From contig JAEZTJ010000083.1 in NCBI GenBank assembly GCA_023421505.1, positions 6,515-70,514 on the forward strand: 64,000 bases of DNA, written 5' to 3'. The position numbers were made by a program, and so were the translations under genes. Under the pieces are notes generated by a model that was not told where the DNA came from, did not search any database, and was given only the letters and a program-made list of their open reading frames with translations. Below, piece after piece: positions 59,810 through 64,000 of this stretch; positions within the stretch are counted from its first letter, which is position 1, and each line of letters begins with the position of its first letter. This DNA comes from Bacillota bacterium (GTDB lineage: Bacteria > Bacillota > Clostridia > Lachnospirales > Lachnospiraceae).

Positions 59810-62278
59810 ATGTGGGATATTACACTGTTTCATTTGGAATTTTATTATGTGTTTTATATCTTCATCTTATATGGGTTCTTTGGTTGGATTTACGAAAGCT
59901 GCCTGGTTTCTATACAGAAGAAAGCCTTAATCAACAGAGGATTTTTAAATGGACCGATTATCCCGATTTATGGATTCGGGGCTTTACTCGTTTATGTCAC
60001 TTTTCAGGGCTATGAGGATGACTTACTACTTGCATTTATAGGAGGAGCATGTCTTGCAACGCTGCTTGAATATGTCACCTCTTTGATTATGGAGTTGGTT
60101 TTCCATACAAGATGGTGGGACTACAGCAAATTTCCATTTAACCTAAAGGGCAGGGTCTGCTTGCCGGTATCTTTGTTTTGGGGACTATTAACAATACTGA
60201 TGCTTCGATTTTTTCAACCCGGTATTAATTATGTGATTGGTATAATTCCCAGAAAATACGGTGAAATTATGGGATATATTATATTGCCGCTTTTTACTGT
60301 AGATATTGTTACAACAATCATTTCCTCGGTTAAATTTGATAAGATTCTTGCTAGACTGCATGAACTGCGTCAGGATATGACAGAATATGTAGGTACTACT
60401 AGGATTTATGAAACTGGAGAAGAATTAATCGGAAGATTTACAAATTTAAGAATGCAAAGCTTATTTTCTGAGGTGAAAAGCTCGTTCGAAAATAAGCTTC
60501 ATAGTGTTAGGACAAGTACACTGAGCTTATTTGAGCTTAAGGAGAAAAAGCCTGAAATTGAGTCTAGAATGAAGGAATTCTTAAAGCGTTATCAGAATAT
60601 CAGAACGCAGAAAGCTCATATTCGTCTATTAAAGGCATTCCCATCCATGAAGGTAGGCAAAAGAGAGGCAGCGTTAAGCGATTTACGTGAGAAAATTAGT
60701 AAGAAGGGAGTACGGGAGTTGGGAAAGGACTTAAGAGAAGAAGTAACCGGAACGATAAAAGGATATTTAAGCGGATTTTTAAGAGCAACCCTCGTAGGCT
60801 TATTGGTTTTGGCACAATTTACCTTGATTATTTATTTGGCCTATTCATTACAGGAATATACGATTTATCTATATTCCTCTATTCAAATCTTAAGTGTTAT
60901 TATTATTATCGGCTTAATCAATGATAATCGTAATTCCTCCTATAAAATAAGCTGGATTTGCATTATTGCAGCTCTGCCGATTACCGGTCATATCATGTAT
61001 ATGCTATGGGGAAACCGGCGAAGGAAAAAAATAGATCAAAAGATATTAAATAAACTTGAGCGCGGTAATAAGTTTCTGGAATTTAATCCCGAAGTTATGA
61101 AACGGTTTGCTGCAAAATATCCTACCAAAAGCAGGATGACAAGATATCTTGAATCGAATATGTTCCCCTTATATAAGAATAATAAAGTTACCTATTATCC
61201 GATGGGTGAAAATGTTTTTGATGCGATTTTTGAGGAAATTGAGAGGGCTGAGCATTTCATTCTTATGAATTTCTTTATTGTCGGGGAAGGCGTTCTGTGG
61301 GATAGGATTCATGAAAAGCTTCTGATGAAGCGAAAGGAAGGGATAAAGGTATTATTTTTATATGATGACTTTGGTGCCATGCTGCGTACACCGCCTCATT
61401 TTAAGCGGAATCTGGAAAGTGAAGGATTTGAGGTCAGAGTATTCAATCCAATTCATAAATACACGGATCAGCTTTATATGAATTACCGGTCTCATCAAAA
61501 AATAATTGTAATCGACGGTAATGTCGGCTTCACCGGAGGTATGAATCTGGCAGATGAATATGTTAATTTGGTACATCGTTTTGGAACCTGGAAGGATAAT
61601 GCAGTAAAAGTTGAAGGTGATGCTGTCTGGGGTCTGACGGTTACCTTCCTTAAGATGTGGGAGGTATCCGGTGAGGAGGGATCGATTGATTTTACACCCT
61701 ATCGTCCTACAAAACAGTTTGATGAAAATGATATTTTCTGCCAGGTGATTTCGGATGGTCCTGCGGATAATCCTAAAAATCCGGTGGAGAATATCTACAA
61801 GCAGACAATCTATTACGCAAAGAAAATATTGTATATTACCACACCTTATCTTATAATTGAAGATGATATGAGAGATGCACTGATTACAGCAGCAATCAGC
61901 GGAATCGATGTGCGTATCATTACGCCATATATACCAGATAAGAAAAATGTAAAGATTTTGACGAACTATAATTACGGAAGGCTTTTGGAGGCCGGAGTAC
62001 GAATATTTGAATACACACCCGGTTTTATTCATGCAAAGACAATTATCAATGAGGATTGCGGTATCGTCGGAACCATTAATATGGATTACCGCAGCTTCCA
62101 TCTGCACTATGAATGTGGCGTATGGATCTGTGACAGAGAGACGATTAATGTCATCAGAGATGATTTAATCAATACGATGGAAAAGTGCCATGAGGTTACT
62201 TATGAAGAGTGGAAGAACAGACCGTTTTTTATAAAATTCTATCAAAGAATATTGAATTTATTCTCGACATTAATGTAA
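59810..62278 (+). CDS. cls: Fusion ORF: CmpB-like membrane domain plus cardiolipin synthase (two HKD motifs)
   Basis: N-part GWIYE/RGFLNGP/RWWDYS; C-part YRSHQKIIVIDG and IHAKTIINED. Internal in-frame TTG at 60719 with SD-like aaggga. Confidence 0.85.
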   Translation: MWDITLFHLEFYYVFYIFILYGFFGWIYESCLVSIQKKALINRGFLNGPIIPIYGFGALLVYVTFQGYEDDLLLAFIGGACLATLLEYVTSLIMELVFHTRWWDYSKFPFNLKGRVCLPVSLFWGLLTILMLRFFQPGINYVIGIIPRKYGEIMGYIILPLFTVDIVTTIISSVKFDKILARLHELRQDMTEYVGTTRIYETGEELIGRFTNLRMQSLFSEVKSSFENKLHSVRTSTLSLFELKEKKPEIESRMKEFLKRYQNIRTQKAHIRLLKAFPSMKVGKREAALSDLREKISKKGVRELGKDLREEVTGTIKGYLSGFLRATLVGLLVLAQFTLIIYLAYSLQEYTIYLYSSIQILSVIIIIGLINDNRNSSYKISWICIIAALPITGHIMYMLWGNRRRKKIDQKILNKLERGNKFLEFNPEVMKRFAAKYPTKSRMTRYLESNMFPLYKNNKVTYYPMGENVFDAIFEEIERAEHFILMNFFIVGEGVLWDRIHEKLLMKRKEGIKVLFLYDDFGAMLRTPPHFKRNLESEGFEVRVFNPIHKYTDQLYMNYRSHQKIIVIDGNVGFTGGMNLADEYVNLVHRFGTWKDNAVKVEGDAVWGLTVTFLKMWEVSGEEGSIDFTPYRPTKQFDENDIFCQVISDGPADNPKNPVENIYKQTIYYAKKILYITTPYLIIEDDMRDALITAAISGIDVRIITPYIPDKKNVKILTNYNYGRLLEAGVRIFEYTPGFIHAKTIINEDCGIVGTINMDYRSFHLHYECGVWICDRETINVIRDDLINTMEKCHEVTYEEWKNRPFFIKFYQRILNLFSTLM

Positions 62279-62337
62279 GAAACAGACGTAAAGCATGCAT
62301 TTCGCATGCTTACCGTTTGGTAAGAAGGAGGCTTCTT

Positions 62338-62589
62338 ATGTATACGAATGTATGTAAACACTGTCACAAAGTATTTATATCCAGATTCAAAGCTTACTCC
62401 TGTGAGGCTTGTAAAAAAGTTGACAGTGATCACTTTGATGATATTGAAGCGTACTTAAAGGAATATCCCAACAGCAATGCAATACAGATATCAGAGGCCT
62501 TAGGTATTACTGCCTTTGAGGTGCTGAATTACTTAAAAGAGGGCAGATTAAATATAACAAAAGGACACTTTGAACGGTTGCCCGATTAG
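62338..62589 (+). CDS. Small Zn-ribbon/HTH protein (YvyF-like)
   Basis: CKHC...CEAC, YLKEYP, EGRL; SD aaggagg before ATG 62338. Confidence 0.7.
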   Translation: MYTNVCKHCHKVFISRFKAYSCEACKKVDSDHFDDIEAYLKEYPNSNAIQISEALGITAFEVLNYLKEGRLNITKGHFERLPD

Positions 62590-62677
62590 TCTATAAATAC
62601 ATAAAAATAAATGATAGCAAAATAAACGAATGTTTCATGATTCTCATTATAATTGTGGTACATATTGAGGTGGCAGG

Positions 62678-63283
62678 ATGATTGGATATTTAAAGGGAGA
62701 ATTGGCAGAAATCAAGGAAAGCTATGTTGTTCTTGAGGTGGGGAATATTGGGTACGAGGTTTATCTTTCGTCCTCTGCTATTCATAAGCTTCCCTTGATG
62801 GGAAGTACATTAAAGCTTTATACTTATCTTCATGTCAGAGAGGATGCGATTAGTCTTTTTGGTTTTCTGACAAAGGATGATTTAGATGTATTTAAGCTTT
62901 TGATTACAGTAAATGGAATTGGACCGAAGGGTGCACTTGGCATTCTATCTGCAATTTCAGCGGATGATATCCGTTTTGCTGTTCTCGCAGAGGATGCAAA
63001 GACAATTGCAAAGGCACCCGGTATCGGTAATAAAACAGCCAGCAAGCTGATCCTGGAGCTTAAGGATAAATTTAAGCTGGAGACGGCATTTGAACAAAGA
63101 TTAGTTAACCAGGCTGAAGTTAGTATAAGCGCAGGAAGCTTTAATAAGAAGGAAGAAGCAGTTCAAGCCCTTACAGTGTTAGGCTACTCCGGCTCTGAGG
63201 CTCTTAAAATAGTTAATCAGATTGAGATAACCGAGGAAATGACTTCAGAAGAAATATTAAAGCTTTGTTTGAAAAAGATGTAA
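62678..63283 (+). CDS. ruvA: Holliday junction branch migration protein RuvA
   Basis: [39 protein letters not shown]. Confidence 0.96.
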   Translation: MIGYLKGELAEIKESYVVLEVGNIGYEVYLSSSAIHKLPLMGSTLKLYTYLHVREDAISLFGFLTKDDLDVFKLLITVNGIGPKGALGILSAISADDIRFAVLAEDAKTIAKAPGIGNKTASKLILELKDKFKLETAFEQRLVNQAEVSISAGSFNKKEEAVQALTVLGYSGSEALKIVNQIEITEEMTSEEILKLCLKKM

Positions 63284-63294
63284 ATGGAGACAAT

Positions 63295-64000
63295 ATGGCA
63301 AAACGCATGATTACAACGGAATTTACGGAAGAGGACAGTAAGTTAGAAGGAAGCCTTCGGCCTCAGCTGCTTACCGATTATATCGGACAGGCTAAGGTTA
63401 AAGAGAATCTTAAGATTTATATAGAGGCGGCGAAGCAGAGGAAGGAAACGCTTGATCATGTATTATTCTTCGGCCCTCCTGGGCTTGGCAAAACAACGCT
63501 AGCCGGAATAATCGCTAATGAGATGGGGGTAAATATTAAAGTCACCTCAGGTCCGGCGATTGAAAAGCCGGGAGAAATGGCTGCAATTCTTAATAATCTG
63601 CAGGAGGGAGATGTACTCTTTGTTGATGAAATTCATCGTCTGAACCGACAGGTGGAGGAGCTTCTTTATCCTGCAATGGAGGATTTTGTGATAGATATTG
63701 TGATCGGTAAGGGCTCAGCAGCAAAATCTATCCGAATTGATCTTCCCAAATTTACACTCGTTGGTGCTACGACAAGGGCAGGAATGTTAACCCCACCATT
63801 AAGAGACCGATTTGGAGTAGTAAGCAGACTTGATTTTTATACGATTGAGGAATTGAAGAAGATTATCATCAGGTCAGCGCAAGTACTCCAGGTTGAAATA
63901 GACACGGATGGAGCAATGGAGCTAGCGCGCCGTTCCAGAGGTACGCCTCGTCTGGCTAACCGTCTATTAAAAAGAGTCAGGGATTTTGCACAGGTAAAGT
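63295..64000 (+). CDS. ruvB: Holliday junction helicase RuvB (3'-truncated by window edge)
   Basis: Translated by hand: [47 protein letters not shown]. Confidence 0.96.
   Translation, partial: MAKRMITTEFTEEDSKLEGSLRPQLLTDYIGQAKVKENLKIYIEAAKQRKETLDHVLFFGPPGLGKTTLAGIIANEMGVNIKVTSGPAIEKPGEMAAILNNLQEGDVLFVDEIHRLNRQVEELLYPAMEDFVIDIVIGKGSAAKSIRIDLPKFTLVGATTRAGMLTPPLRDRFGVVSRLDFYTIEELKKIIIRSAQVLQVEIDTDGAMELARRSRGTPRLANRLLKRVRDFAQVK

Noticed and set aside
61358..62107. 249-aa antisense ORF and other short ORFs overlapping long genes (e.g. 2678-3088, 13406-13852, 32701-33186)
   Set aside because: Shadow ORFs of well-supported genes, with no SD or motifs.

Overview
A low-GC Firmicute chromosome segment. 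Gene content and order suggest a spore-forming Lachnospiraceae; this is inference. The backbone is the conserved clostridial block ung ... corA ... ytfI/ytfJ - rpmB - asp23 - DAK2(fakA) - recG - SASP - rsmD - coaD - ylbJ - tmcAL(ylbM) - pta - ackA - yceD - rpmF ... cls - ruvA - ruvB, with several accessory inserts. Main highlights: (1) A lasso-peptide cluster (B1, cyclase C, nucleotidyltransferase, HPr-kinase-like kinase, B2; 52843-58182). Its 43-aa precursor is missing from the ORF track and lies antisense in the middle of the cluster (55120-55251, minus). The predicted core, SGIVILPIEILGVQGPS, is unusually hydrophobic, with a Ser1-Glu9 ring and a C-terminal Ser. (2) A family of modular, hairpin-rich interspersed repeats at seven or more intergenic loci, with units starting TAGTGTGAAT. 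They show compensatory base changes, and one module supplies the ribosome-binding site of neighbouring genes. (3) A recurrent GCC..GGC(A) hairpin fixed 3-4 nt upstream of GGAGG in eight genes. (4) A corA leader with a 51-codon uORF ending at an SD-sequestering hairpin. (5) A locus with two GT-A glycosyltransferases, two GT-C-like proteins and UDP-galactopyranose mutase. (6) A membrane-protein/cardiolipin-synthase fusion ORF and an orphan AnfO-like gene. No rRNA, tRNA, CRISPR array or transposase was seen. All calls come from reading the sequence; no database search was run.
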